Shown: positions 25,438-34,689 of the stretch, piece by piece | Position numbering within the stretch: position 1 is the first letter of the stretch | Layout: every line of letters begins with the position of its first letter | Assembly (NCBI GenBank): GCA_035763205.1 | Contig: DASUBP010000186.1 | Span: 1 to 51,303, forward strand | Source of the DNA: Gemmatimonadales bacterium | GTDB taxonomy: Bacteria > Gemmatimonadota > Gemmatimonadetes > Gemmatimonadales > GWC2-71-9 | Reading direction: 5' to 3' | Length of the DNA stretch: 51,303 bases | Position numbers and translations under genes: made by a program | Notes under the pieces: generated by a model | What the model was told of the DNA's origin: nothing | Database searches by the model: none | Seen by the model: only the letters and a program-made list of their open reading frames with translations

Positions 25438-25459
25438 CCCAGACGCCTCTGCGTCTGGG
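25438..25459 (+). other. Perfect 9-bp hairpin between the small ORF and the TolC-like gene
   Basis: CCCAGACGC-ctct-GCGTCTGGG, preceded by a second small hairpin GGCGC-gtgga-GCGCC (25420-25434). No U-tract follows. Confidence 0.35.
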
Positions 25460-25490
25460 TGCTCAGGATCGTCCTACTTGGGAGAGTGGC

Positions 25491-26780
25491 ATGGTTACGC
25501 GTTCGAGTTTCTGGTTGATCGCCGTCGGCACGGCGTTGGCGATTCCTGCGCATGCGCAAGGTCCCGCGACGCCCCCTGCGCTGACGCTCACGCGCCGGCA
25601 GGCGGTGGACACCGCGCTGGCGCACAACCCGCAGCTCACCGTCGCCCGCGAGCAGCTCGCGCAGGCCCGCGCCCAGGCGACCGAGACGGCCGCGTTTCCC
25701 GATCCCACGCTCAATGGCGACCTGAACGGACAAAGGAGCGTCACCGGGTTCAAGACGAACACCGGCAGTGACATCGGTGTGGGCCTGACGCTTCCCTTCC
25801 CGACCAAGTTCGTGCTCCTGAACAAGGTGGGTAACGCCAATGTCGACGCCGTGGCGTTCAACTATGATCAGCTGCGGCAGCAGACGGCCAGCCAGACCGC
25901 GCAGGCGTACGACGCGCTCATCGTCGCCCTGCGACACCGGGCCGACCTGCAGCTGGGTGACTCACTCGCCAGAGACTTCCTCAAGAAGACGCAGGTCCGG
26001 TTCGATGCCGGCACCGCGGCGCGACTCGACGTTCTGAAGGCGCAGGTCGACCTCGGTCAAGCCGAGAACGATCTGCTGGCGAACCAGCGGGACCTGGCCA
26101 ACGCGCGCGCCGCGCTGAATCGGCTGCTCGGCCGTCCACTCGGATTCGGGGTCGAGGCCGCGGAGTCCCTGTCGGTGCCGCCCGCCCTCCCGGCCGTCGA
26201 CTCTCTCATTTCGCTGGCCCAGCTCCGCCGTCCGGAGCTGCAGGGACTGGCCAGCCAGCAACGCGGCGCCAGCGCGGCGACGGCCCTGGCCCAGCAGTAT
26301 TTCCTGCCCGACTTGAATCTCTCGGTCGCCAAGAACATGACGCAGGGTACACCCTCGACGTACACGACCGGCATCGGCATCTCGGTGCCGCTCTTCTTCT
26401 GGAATCACCAGCGAGGTCAGGTCGCGGAATCCCGGCATCACGAACGGGAGCTCGCGGCCGCCTACTCCGATCTCGAAGCGCAGGTGGAGCAGGACGTGCG
26501 CGTGACCTACGCGACCGCCGCCACGGCGCTGGCCCAGGCCGTGTACCTCCGGGATCAGCTGCTGCCCGAGGCACACCGCGCCTACGACATCGCGCTGACG
26601 AGCTATGGCCTCGGCGGATCGTCCGCCCTCGACGTCCTCGATGCCCGCCGGACCCTGCTCGACGCCGAGAGCCAATACGCCGACGCGCTGGGCGCCGCCA
26701 ATGACGCCCGCGCCGACCTCGAACGGGCCGTCGCGGGTCCCTTTGACGCTGCTTCCGCTGGAGTTCCCAATGTTCACTAA
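25491..26780 (+). CDS. TolC-family outer-membrane efflux protein (CzcC-like)
   Basis: Trimmed to ATG 25491 (GGGAGAG SD). Signal peptide MVTRSSFWLIAVGTALAIPAHAQ. Repeated alpha-helical/OEP pattern (LTLRQAVDTALAHNPQL...). Confidence 0.85.
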   Translation: MVTRSSFWLIAVGTALAIPAHAQGPATPPALTLTRRQAVDTALAHNPQLTVAREQLAQARAQATETAAFPDPTLNGDLNGQRSVTGFKTNTGSDIGVGLTLPFPTKFVLLNKVGNANVDAVAFNYDQLRQQTASQTAQAYDALIVALRHRADLQLGDSLARDFLKKTQVRFDAGTAARLDVLKAQVDLGQAENDLLANQRDLANARAALNRLLGRPLGFGVEAAESLSVPPALPAVDSLISLAQLRRPELQGLASQQRGASAATALAQQYFLPDLNLSVAKNMTQGTPSTYTTGIGISVPLFFWNHQRGQVAESRHHERELAAAYSDLEAQVEQDVRVTYATAATALAQAVYLRDQLLPEAHRAYDIALTSYGLGGSSALDVLDARRTLLDAESQYADALGAANDARADLERAVAGPFDAASAGVPNVH

Positions 26781-27906
26781 CCGCCTGACCCGCCTGCTCA
26801 CGGCCGCTGGAATGGCCGCCCTCCTCGCCACCGGCTGCGGGCGCGGCGCCGCGAAAGATCCGGACCACGCCGGAACGTTCGGGCTCACGGAGAACCAGCG
26901 GTCGAAGATCCATCTCGCCCCGGTGGCGGACTCGAGCTTCCACCCGTCCGTCTCGGTGTCCGGCACCGTCGCCTTCGACGGGGACCACAGTACCCAGGTT
27001 CTGGCGCCGATTTCGGGACCCGTCAGCCGGATTCTGGTGGAGCCGGGAGCCCAGGTGACGGCCGGACAGCCCCTGGCCTACGTGTCGTCCCCCGACTTCG
27101 CCGCCGCTCTCGCGGCATACCGGAAGGCGAATGCCACGGCCACCAACCTCATCCGGATCGCGACCCGGGATTCGGTGCTCTTCGCGAACGACGCGTTGGC
27201 ACGGCAGGATCTCGAACAGGCGCAGACCGATGCGTCTTCGGCCATCGCGGACCGCGATGCCGCCCTCGACCAGCTTCGCGCCATCGGCGTGGACTCGGCC
27301 GGGCTCGCGGCGATCCGGGACAACCGCAACGCGACCATTCCGCAGGGCGTGATTCGCGCTCCCCTCCCCGGGACCGTCGTGGAGCGGTTGATCACGCCCG
27401 GACAGCTCCTGCAGGCGGGCCAGACACCCTGTTTCACGGTGGCTGGTCTCTCGACGATGTGGGTGATGGGCAACGTCTTCCAGAACGATCTGCCTGACGT
27501 CGCGGTCGGCGATCCGGCGGACATCGCGCCGGGGGCCGGAGCGCGCGTCTATCACGGGCGGGTGGATTACGTCGGTGCCCTCGTGGATCCGGATACGCGC
27601 GCCACGTCCGTACGCATCCTCACGGGCAATCCGGACCAGGGCCTCAAGAAGGACATGTATGTCTCGGTGACCATTCATTCCCACCGGGCCCGCAAGGGAC
27701 TCCTGGTCCCCGTTTCCGCCGTGCTCCACGACGATCAGAACCTGCCGTTCGTGTTCGTGGCCAAGGCCGACAGCTCGTTCGAGCGCCGGCAGGTGGGACT
27801 GGGCAACCGGATCGGCGACCGGTATGAAATCACGTCGGGCCTTTCCGCGGGAGATGAGGTCATCGCCGAGGGCGGGCTGTTCCTGCAGTTCGCGGAAAGC
27901 CAATGA
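26770..27906 (+). CDS. RND membrane-fusion protein (CzcB/HlyD family)
   Basis: Trimmed to ATG 26770, an 11-nt overlap with the upstream gene. Lipobox LLATGCG. Barrel-sandwich and hairpin segments. Confidence 0.85.
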   Translation: MFTNRLTRLLTAAGMAALLATGCGRGAAKDPDHAGTFGLTENQRSKIHLAPVADSSFHPSVSVSGTVAFDGDHSTQVLAPISGPVSRILVEPGAQVTAGQPLAYVSSPDFAAALAAYRKANATATNLIRIATRDSVLFANDALARQDLEQAQTDASSAIADRDAALDQLRAIGVDSAGLAAIRDNRNATIPQGVIRAPLPGTVVERLITPGQLLQAGQTPCFTVAGLSTMWVMGNVFQNDLPDVAVGDPADIAPGAGARVYHGRVDYVGALVDPDTRATSVRILTGNPDQGLKKDMYVSVTIHSHRARKGLLVPVSAVLHDDQNLPFVFVAKADSSFERRQVGLGNRIGDRYEITSGLSAGDEVIAEGGLFLQFAESQ

Positions 27907-30900
27907 GCGAGCAGCTACCGCCACCCGCGCACGAGGCGCGGACCCGGTCCGCCATCAACCGGATCGTTTTCTCATCCCTGCGTCAGCCGTTCCTGGTGGG
28001 GCTGTTGACGGTGACGTTCGCCGGGATCGGCATCTGGTCCTTTTCCCGCTTGCCGGTGGACGCCTATCCCGATCTCTCGCCGACGATGGTCGAGGTGATC
28101 ACGCAATGGCCGGGGCACGCGTCTGAAGAGGTCGAGCGGCTGATTACGGTGCCGGTCGAAGTCGAGATGAACGGACTGCCCCGCATGCAGGTCATCCGTT
28201 CGATTTCCCTCTACGGCTTGTCGGACGTCACGATGACGTTTGCCGACGGGACCGACGACTACTTCGCGCGCCAGCAGGTGTTCGAACGGATTCCCGATAT
28301 CAGCCTGCCCGACGCCGTGACGCCATCGGTGTCGCCCCTCTTTGCGCCGTCGGGCCTCGTGTACCGCTACGTGGTCCAAAGCCCCGACCGGTCGGCCATG
28401 GACCTGAAGATCATCGACGACTGGGTGATCACCCGGCAACTCAAGGCCGTTCCCGGAGTCGCGGACGTCTCGCCGTTGGGAGGGGAGACCTTCCAGTACC
28501 AAATCCTTCTCGACCCGACTCGACTCGCCGGCGCCCACCTCTCCATCAGCGACGTGGAGTCGGCCCTCGCGGCGAACAACGGGAACGCCGGCGGCGGGTT
28601 CTACTCGGAGGGAGGGCAGTTCTACTACATCCGCGGAGTCGGACGGATGGCGACTCTCGACGACATTGGGAACACCGTCCTCGCCAACCACAACGGGACG
28701 CCGATCCTGGTGAAAGATGTCGGCCAGGTGGTGGTGGGTCATGCGCCGCGGCTGGGGCAATTCGGCTACAACGGCCAGAACGACGCAGTCGAAGGCGTGG
28801 TCCTGATGCGGCGCGGCGAGCAGGCGCAGACCGTGCTGCAAGGAGTCGAGGCCAAGGTCCGCGAGCTCAACCAGTCGGTCCTGCCCAAGGACGTGAAGGT
28901 CGTGCCCTTCTACGACCGTTCCGATCTGGTCGCGTTGACCACCCACACGGTCGAAGGAAATCTGGCTCGGGGAACGCTCCTGGTCGTCGTGGTCCTCGTC
29001 TTCTTCCTCTATGACGTGCGCTCCGGCCTCATTGCCGGCGTGACCATTCCGCTGGCCCTGCTGTTCGCGTTCCTGTGCCTCGACCTCCGGCACATCCCCG
29101 CCAACCTTCTTTCCATCGGCGCGATCGACTTCGGCATCCTGGTGGAGAGCGCCGTGGTGATGGTGGAGAACATCCACCGGCAGCTCGCCCTCCGTCACGG
29201 AACGTCCTACCGGATCCACGAGGTGATCGCGGACGCGGCGGCCGAGGTGGACCGGCCGATCTTCTATTCCATGGCGGTCATCATCGCGGGGTTCCTGCCC
29301 ATCTACGTCCTGCACGGCCCGTCCGGACGCCTCTTCACACCCATGGCGTCCACGACGATTTTCGCATTGATCGGGTCGTTAGCGGTTGCGCTGGCCGTCT
29401 TGCCGGTGCTCTGCGCCTGGTTTCTGCGCAAAGGCGTCCGCGAACGGCGTAACGCGGCCTTCGAGTGGCTGCGCGAGCGCTATACCCGGGGCCTGGACTG
29501 GTGCCTGGCCCGGCCCCGCGCCACGGTGGCCGGCGCGGGAGTGCTGTTCGCGGCGGCCGCGCTCCTGATTCCGGGTATCGGCGCCGAGTTCATGCCTCAT
29601 CTCGATGAAGGGGCGATCTGGGTGCGGGCAACGATGCCATACACGATTTCCTTCGAGGAGTCGGCGAAGATCGTCCCCCAGGTTCGCGCGATCATTCGTT
29701 CCTTTCCGATGGTGACGGTGGTGACTTCGGAGCACGGCCGGCCCGACGACGGAACCGACCCCACCGGGTTCTTCAATGCGGAGTTCTACGTCGGCCTGAA
29801 GCCGTATGATGAGTGGAAGGGGGAGATCCGGACCAAGGCACAGCTCATCGCTGCCATCGACTCCCGCCTCCGGGCGTTCCCCGGCATCATTTTCAACTAC
29901 ACCCAGCCGGCGGAAGACGCCGTGGACGAGGCCGAGACCGGACTCAAGAGCGCCTTGGACGTGAAGATCTTCGGTCCCGACCTGGACACGCTCGAGACCC
30001 TGGGCCGGTCTCTCAAGAAGGCGTTGGAGGACGTTCCGGGGATCACGGACCTCACACTGGTCCAGGAGCTGGGGCAACCCAGCCTGACGATCACGCCCGA
30101 TCGCAATCGGATCGCCCGCTACGGCCTGAACATCGCCGACATCAACGCGCTGATCGAGGCGGCCGTTGGAGGCCAGGCGGCTACCCAGGTGGTGCAGGGC
30201 GAGCGCTCCTTCGACCTCGTGGTCCGCCTGGAGCCCCAATTCCGGGAGACCTCGGAAGCAATTGGGGAGATCCCCGTCCCCACTCCCGGCGGGCAGAATA
30301 TCCCGCTCAAAGACCTGGCCACGATTCAGGTGACCAATGGCGCGTCTTTCATTTATCGGCAGGACAACGCCCGGTTCATCGGGGTCCAGTATTCCGTCGA
30401 GGGCCGCAGCCTGGCGACGGCAGTGCGGGATGCCCAGGCGCGGGCGTCCGCCCGCGTCACGCTCCCTCCCGGCTACCGGGTGGTGTGGGGCGGAGAGTTT
30501 CAGGAGTACACCGCCTCCCGGCGTCAGATGATGGTGATCGTGCCCGTCACCCTGGGGCTCATCTTTCTCATCCTCTTCGCGCTGTACAGCAACCTCAAGT
30601 TCCCGTTGATCACGGTCGCCGCTGTGCTCCTGTCGGCCCCAGTCGGAGGGCTCCTGGCACTCTGGCTCACCGGCACGGCGTTTTCCGTCTCCTCGGGCAT
30701 CGGGTTCCTTGCCCTGTTCGGCGTGTCCGTGCAGACGGCGGTGGTGTACATCTCCTATGCCAACGAGCTCCGCGGGGATGGCATGCCCATCGCCCAGGCC
30801 ACACGCGAAGCCGCGCTCCTGCGTCTTCGGCCCATCATGATGACCGCGCTCGTAGCGGCGCTCGGCCTCCTCCCCGCCGCGTTCGCGACCGGCGTCGGCA

Positions 30901-31028
30901 CGGATTCACAGCGGCCGTTCGCGATGGTGATCGTGGGTGGCATGCTGTCACAGCTTGTGGTAAGCGTTTTTCTTGTGCCCGCGCTGTACTTGCTCGTGGC
31001 CAGGGAAGGAGATAGGCTCGAGGTATGA
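27903..31028 (+). CDS. RND efflux pump, CusA/CzcA heavy-metal-efflux family
   Basis: ATGA overlap with the upstream stop. 1041 aa and 12-TM RND layout. The TM4 motif IDFGILVESAVVMVEN resembles the HME-RND DFG...VEN motif. Confidence 0.9.
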   Translation: MSEQLPPPAHEARTRSAINRIVFSSLRQPFLVGLLTVTFAGIGIWSFSRLPVDAYPDLSPTMVEVITQWPGHASEEVERLITVPVEVEMNGLPRMQVIRSISLYGLSDVTMTFADGTDDYFARQQVFERIPDISLPDAVTPSVSPLFAPSGLVYRYVVQSPDRSAMDLKIIDDWVITRQLKAVPGVADVSPLGGETFQYQILLDPTRLAGAHLSISDVESALAANNGNAGGGFYSEGGQFYYIRGVGRMATLDDIGNTVLANHNGTPILVKDVGQVVVGHAPRLGQFGYNGQNDAVEGVVLMRRGEQAQTVLQGVEAKVRELNQSVLPKDVKVVPFYDRSDLVALTTHTVEGNLARGTLLVVVVLVFFLYDVRSGLIAGVTIPLALLFAFLCLDLRHIPANLLSIGAIDFGILVESAVVMVENIHRQLALRHGTSYRIHEVIADAAAEVDRPIFYSMAVIIAGFLPIYVLHGPSGRLFTPMASTTIFALIGSLAVALAVLPVLCAWFLRKGVRERRNAAFEWLRERYTRGLDWCLARPRATVAGAGVLFAAAALLIPGIGAEFMPHLDEGAIWVRATMPYTISFEESAKIVPQVRAIIRSFPMVTVVTSEHGRPDDGTDPTGFFNAEFYVGLKPYDEWKGEIRTKAQLIAAIDSRLRAFPGIIFNYTQPAEDAVDEAETGLKSALDVKIFGPDLDTLETLGRSLKKALEDVPGITDLTLVQELGQPSLTITPDRNRIARYGLNIADINALIEAAVGGQAATQVVQGERSFDLVVRLEPQFRETSEAIGEIPVPTPGGQNIPLKDLATIQVTNGASFIYRQDNARFIGVQYSVEGRSLATAVRDAQARASARVTLPPGYRVVWGGEFQEYTASRRQMMVIVPVTLGLIFLILFALYSNLKFPLITVAAVLLSAPVGGLLALWLTGTAFSVSSGIGFLALFGVSVQTAVVYISYANELRGDGMPIAQATREAALLRLRPIMMTALVAALGLLPAAFATGVGTDSQRPFAMVIVGGMLSQLVVSVFLVPALYLLVAREGDRLEV

Positions 31029-31038
31029 CCATCCTGGA

Positions 31039-31081
31039 CGTCGAGACGTCTAGACGTCTAGTCTTGACGCACAGACGCACA
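31039..31081. repeat. Reduced copy of the same element, plus tandem octamers
   Basis: CGTCGAG (31039-45) and CTTGACG (31063-69) flank AGACGTCT x2 (31044-59). GACGCACA x2 follows (31066-81). Confidence 0.6.
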
Positions 31082-31099
31082 GTGGTGAGCAGGAGTCAG

Positions 31100-31693
31100 G
31101 TGTTCAGGACCTTGCTCCTGTGTTCCTGCTTCGCGTCGCCAGCCGCGGGGCAAGTCTCCTTTTCCGTATTCGCTGGCGTCCGACGCAGCTCCGTACTCGC
31201 CCACGACGTCATCGTGAACGCCTTCGACGTCCGGCCGGCGCTGGCGCCCGCGTTTTCGGTCACCGCGGCGCTGCCCCTCGACCTCCCCTGGCGGGCGTCC
31301 GCGGGACTCGACGTCTCCACCAGCGACGTGCGCCGGGAAGACCTCGGCGGGGCCACGCAGTCGATCACGCACCTGACGACGGCAGCCTTGACCGTCGGGC
31401 TCTCGCGATCCCTCGCCCCCTGGGTGTCGGGATCGATCCGGGTCGGCGCGCTCAAGTATCTGCCTTCGCAGGATCTCGGCCTGTTTCAGGATGGCGGACC
31501 GTTCTTCCCCTTCGCGCAGATCGCCTTCGACCTGTCACCGTCCTTCGCGTCCCGTTATGGAGTCGGCCTCGAGATGAATGGCGACGTCCACAAGTTCATC
31601 ACGGACGCCCTGCGGGTAGAGGGATTCTCGGAAGCCCGGCCCGTTCTCAGATTGGCGCTCGGCGTGACCTGGACACCCGGGAGTCACCCATGA
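31100..31693 (+). CDS. Putative outer-membrane beta-barrel protein
   Basis: Trimmed to GTG 31100 with AGGAG 4 nt upstream. Signal peptide FRTLLLCSCFASPAAGQ. Alternating hydrophobic strands ending ...LRLALGVTW. Confidence 0.45.
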   Translation: MFRTLLLCSCFASPAAGQVSFSVFAGVRRSSVLAHDVIVNAFDVRPALAPAFSVTAALPLDLPWRASAGLDVSTSDVRREDLGGATQSITHLTTAALTVGLSRSLAPWVSGSIRVGALKYLPSQDLGLFQDGGPFFPFAQIAFDLSPSFASRYGVGLEMNGDVHKFITDALRVEGFSEARPVLRLALGVTWTPGSHP

Positions 31694-32328
31694 AACGGTG
31701 GCTCGGAGTGGTGGCGGTCGCCCTGGTCGCGTGCACGGTGCCGGATGTCCCTGAGCACTCCGGGGGCTACGGATTCGACTCGGTGGGAGACGGGAGCGGA
31801 CTCGTTTTCCACTGGACGGGGGATCGGCTGCCGGTGCGTTTCTGGGTGGATCCGCGCGGAAACATGAGCGCCCTGGTTCAGAACGCGATCGACGTGTGGC
31901 AGAACCAGTTCATGTACGGGGAGTTCACCGGCGTCATCGTGTCCGACTCCGCACATGCGGACGTGCAAATCGTCTGGGCGGATTCCGCCGCGCCACCGGC
32001 CACGCCAGATCCCGGACCACCAGTGAAGGCTTGTGGCGGAGAAACGCAGAACGATTCGATCTCGGGCGGCCGAATCTACGGAGCGCTGCACTCCAGCATC
32101 TCGCTCCTCACACTGTCGGGAGCGACGGCAGGGCAGGTCGAAGCCTGTGTGCGCCGGACGGTGATCCATGAGATGGGCCACTCGTTGGGCATCCTCAATG
32201 ACAACGCGCCTGACTCGACCGACATCATGTATTTCACGCCCCTCGTGCCCGTCCCGAGCGCAGCTGACCGGACGACGATGCAGGTGCTGTACCACACGGC
32301 CCCGACCCTGCTTCCGCCTGTCCGCTAG
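31690..32328 (+). CDS. Metzincin-type zinc metalloprotease lipoprotein
   Basis: ATGA overlap with the upstream stop. Lipobox LVAC. HEMGHSLG (HExxHxxG) followed by a DIMY Met-turn. Confidence 0.7.
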   Translation: MKRWLGVVAVALVACTVPDVPEHSGGYGFDSVGDGSGLVFHWTGDRLPVRFWVDPRGNMSALVQNAIDVWQNQFMYGEFTGVIVSDSAHADVQIVWADSAAPPATPDPGPPVKACGGETQNDSISGGRIYGALHSSISLLTLSGATAGQVEACVRRTVIHEMGHSLGILNDNAPDSTDIMYFTPLVPVPSAADRTTMQVLYHTAPTLLPPVR

Positions 32329-32347
32329 GCCACCCAGCCGGGTTTCC

Positions 32348-32376
32348 TTGACAATCACCGGCCGGTCCGATAGCAT
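32348..32376 (+). promoter_or_regulatory. Sigma-70-type promoter of maeB-pckA-HD operon
   Basis: -35 TTGACA (32348-53), 17-nt spacer, -10 TAGCAT (32371-76). Leader of about 30 nt with AAGGA SD before ATG 32409. Confidence 0.6.
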
Positions 32377-32408
32377 AACTCCTTACCCAAAAAGGACTTG
32401 AATCCTCG

Positions 32409-34679
32409 ATGGCCACCCGCCGTCAGGAGGCTCTGGAGTACCACGCACAGGGCCGCCCCGGGAAGATTCAGGTCTCTCCCACCAAACCGTTCAAGAACCA
32501 GCGCGACCTCTCCCTTGCCTACACGCCCGGGGTAGCGGAGCCGTGCCGGGAAATCGCGGCGAAGCCGGAGGAAGCCTACAAGTACACGATCAAAGGCAAC
32601 CTCGTCGCCGTCGTGACCAATGGCACCGCCGTCCTGGGCCTCGGCAACATCGGGGCTCTCGCCGGCAAGCCGGTGATGGAAGGCAAGTGCATCCTCTTCA
32701 AGGCGTTCGCCGACCTCGACGTGTTCGACCTCGAGGTGGGGTCCGAGAACCCCGACGACGTGATCAAGTTCTGCCAGCTCCTCGAGCCCACCGTCGGCGG
32801 CATCAACCTCGAGGACATCCGTTCCCCGGACTGCTTCTATATCGAAGAACGGCTCCGCGAGACCCTGTCGATCCCCGTCTTCCATGACGACCAGCACGGC
32901 ACCGCGATCATCTCCGGAGCGGCGCTCCTCAACGCCCTCGAGCTCGTGGGCAAGGCGATCGGTGACATCAGCGCCGTGTTCTGCGGCGCCGGCGCCGCCG
33001 CCATCGCGACGGCCGAGCACTACGTCCGGCTGGGCGTAAAGCGGGAGCGGATCACGCTGTGCGACAAGGACGGCGTCATTCACGCGGGGCGCACCGACCT
33101 CGACCCGTACAAGAAGAAGTTCGCGCAGCCGATCGACGCACGGGATCTCAGGGACGCATTGAAGGGTGCCGACGTGCTGGTGGGCCTGTCCGTCGCCGGT
33201 GCCGTGACGGCGACGATGCTCGCCGGGATGGCGCCGAAGCCAATCATCTTCGCGCTGGCGAATCCGACACCCGAGATCATGCCCGACGAGGCGCGCCGGG
33301 CGCGCCCTGACGCCATCATCGCCACCGGCCGGTCGGACTTTCCGAATCAGGTGAACAACGTCCTGGGCTTTCCGTTCATTTTCCGGGGTGCGCTGGACGT
33401 CCGCGCCACGACGATCAACGAAGACATGAAGATGGCCGCGACCCGGGCGCTCGCCGCGCTGGCCCGCGAAGAGGTCCCCGATTCGGTGATGCGGGCCTAT
33501 GGGATCGAGCGCCTCCGGTTCGGCCCCGACTATCTGATTCCCAAGCCCTTCGACCCCCGAGTGCTGCTCTGGGTGGCGCCCGCGGTCGCCTGGGCGGCCG
33601 TGGGATCGGGCGTGGCGGGACGGGTCATCGACGTCGACGAGTACCGGCAGGAGCTCGAAGGCCGGCTCGGCCGGGCCCGCGAAGTCATGCGCGGTTTTGC
33701 GGCCCATCTCCAGGAAGACCCTCAGCGCATTCTCTTCCCGGAGGGCGATCATCCGAAAATCATCCGCGCCGCGCGCGTCCTCGCCGACGAGGGCAGTGCC
33801 GTCCCCGTGCTCTTGGGGGACCCGGCGGAGATCCGGCGGGCTGCCGAGGACGCCGGCGTCACGCTCGAGGACATCGAGATCGTCAATCCCGCCGAGGCCG
33901 CCGATTCGGAGGGGCTGGCCCGCGCATATTGGGAACGCCGGCAACGCCGCGGCGTAACCCTGCGGGAGGCACGCGCGCGCGTCCGTGACCCGCTCTACCA
34001 CGGACTCCTGCTCCTCAAGACCGACCGGGCCGACGCGCTGGTGGTCGGGGCCGACATGTACTATCCCGACGCGGTGCGGCCCGCCCTCGAAGTGATTGGC
34101 GCGGCCCCCGGTCGGAAGCACGTCTCGGGCATCTACATGATGGTGCTCCCCCAGGACGTCTTCTTCTTCGCCGACTGCACCATGAACATCGATCCCGACG
34201 CCGAGACGCTCGCTGCGATCGCGTCCACGACGGCGGAGTTTGTGTGGCGCCTCGGCATCGAGCCACGTGTGGCGATGCTCTCGTTTTCGAACTTCGGCTC
34301 GGTCCCCCATGACGGCGTAACCAAGGTCCGAAACGCGGTGGCCCTGCTCCACGAACGGGAGCCGAGCCTGCAGGTAGATGGGGAGATGCAGGCTGATACG
34401 GCTGTCGTAAACTCAATTCTTACAAAGACTTATCCATTTACGAAGTTGCGCGGCGCGGCCAACGTGCTGATTTTTCCGGGTCTGGACGCAGCCAACATCG
34501 CGTACAAACTGCTCAATCGCCTGGGGGGCGCTCAGGCCATCGGTCCCATTCTGGTCGGCATGTCCCGACCGGTACATGTCTTGCAACGCGGGGCCGACGT
34601 CGACGATATCGTGAACCTGGCGGTCCTGGCCGCCGTGGACGCTCGAGAACATCGCCGCCCCGTGCGGCCTCACACCTAA
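32409..34679 (+). CDS. maeB: NADP-dependent malic enzyme with C-terminal phosphotransacetylase-like domain
   Basis: N-terminus [15 protein letters not shown]...TPGVA; GAGAAA Rossmann motif; 756 aa with a PTA-like C-terminal half. AAGGA SD upstream. Confidence 0.92.
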   Translation: MATRRQEALEYHAQGRPGKIQVSPTKPFKNQRDLSLAYTPGVAEPCREIAAKPEEAYKYTIKGNLVAVVTNGTAVLGLGNIGALAGKPVMEGKCILFKAFADLDVFDLEVGSENPDDVIKFCQLLEPTVGGINLEDIRSPDCFYIEERLRETLSIPVFHDDQHGTAIISGAALLNALELVGKAIGDISAVFCGAGAAAIATAEHYVRLGVKRERITLCDKDGVIHAGRTDLDPYKKKFAQPIDARDLRDALKGADVLVGLSVAGAVTATMLAGMAPKPIIFALANPTPEIMPDEARRARPDAIIATGRSDFPNQVNNVLGFPFIFRGALDVRATTINEDMKMAATRALAALAREEVPDSVMRAYGIERLRFGPDYLIPKPFDPRVLLWVAPAVAWAAVGSGVAGRVIDVDEYRQELEGRLGRAREVMRGFAAHLQEDPQRILFPEGDHPKIIRAARVLADEGSAVPVLLGDPAEIRRAAEDAGVTLEDIEIVNPAEAADSEGLARAYWERRQRRGVTLREARARVRDPLYHGLLLLKTDRADALVVGADMYYPDAVRPALEVIGAAPGRKHVSGIYMMVLPQDVFFFADCTMNIDPDAETLAAIASTTAEFVWRLGIEPRVAMLSFSNFGSVPHDGVTKVRNAVALLHEREPSLQVDGEMQADTAVVNSILTKTYPFTKLRGAANVLIFPGLDAANIAYKLLNRLGGAQAIGPILVGMSRPVHVLQRGADVDDIVNLAVLAAVDAREHRRPVRPHT

Positions 34680-34689
34680 AAGGACACCG

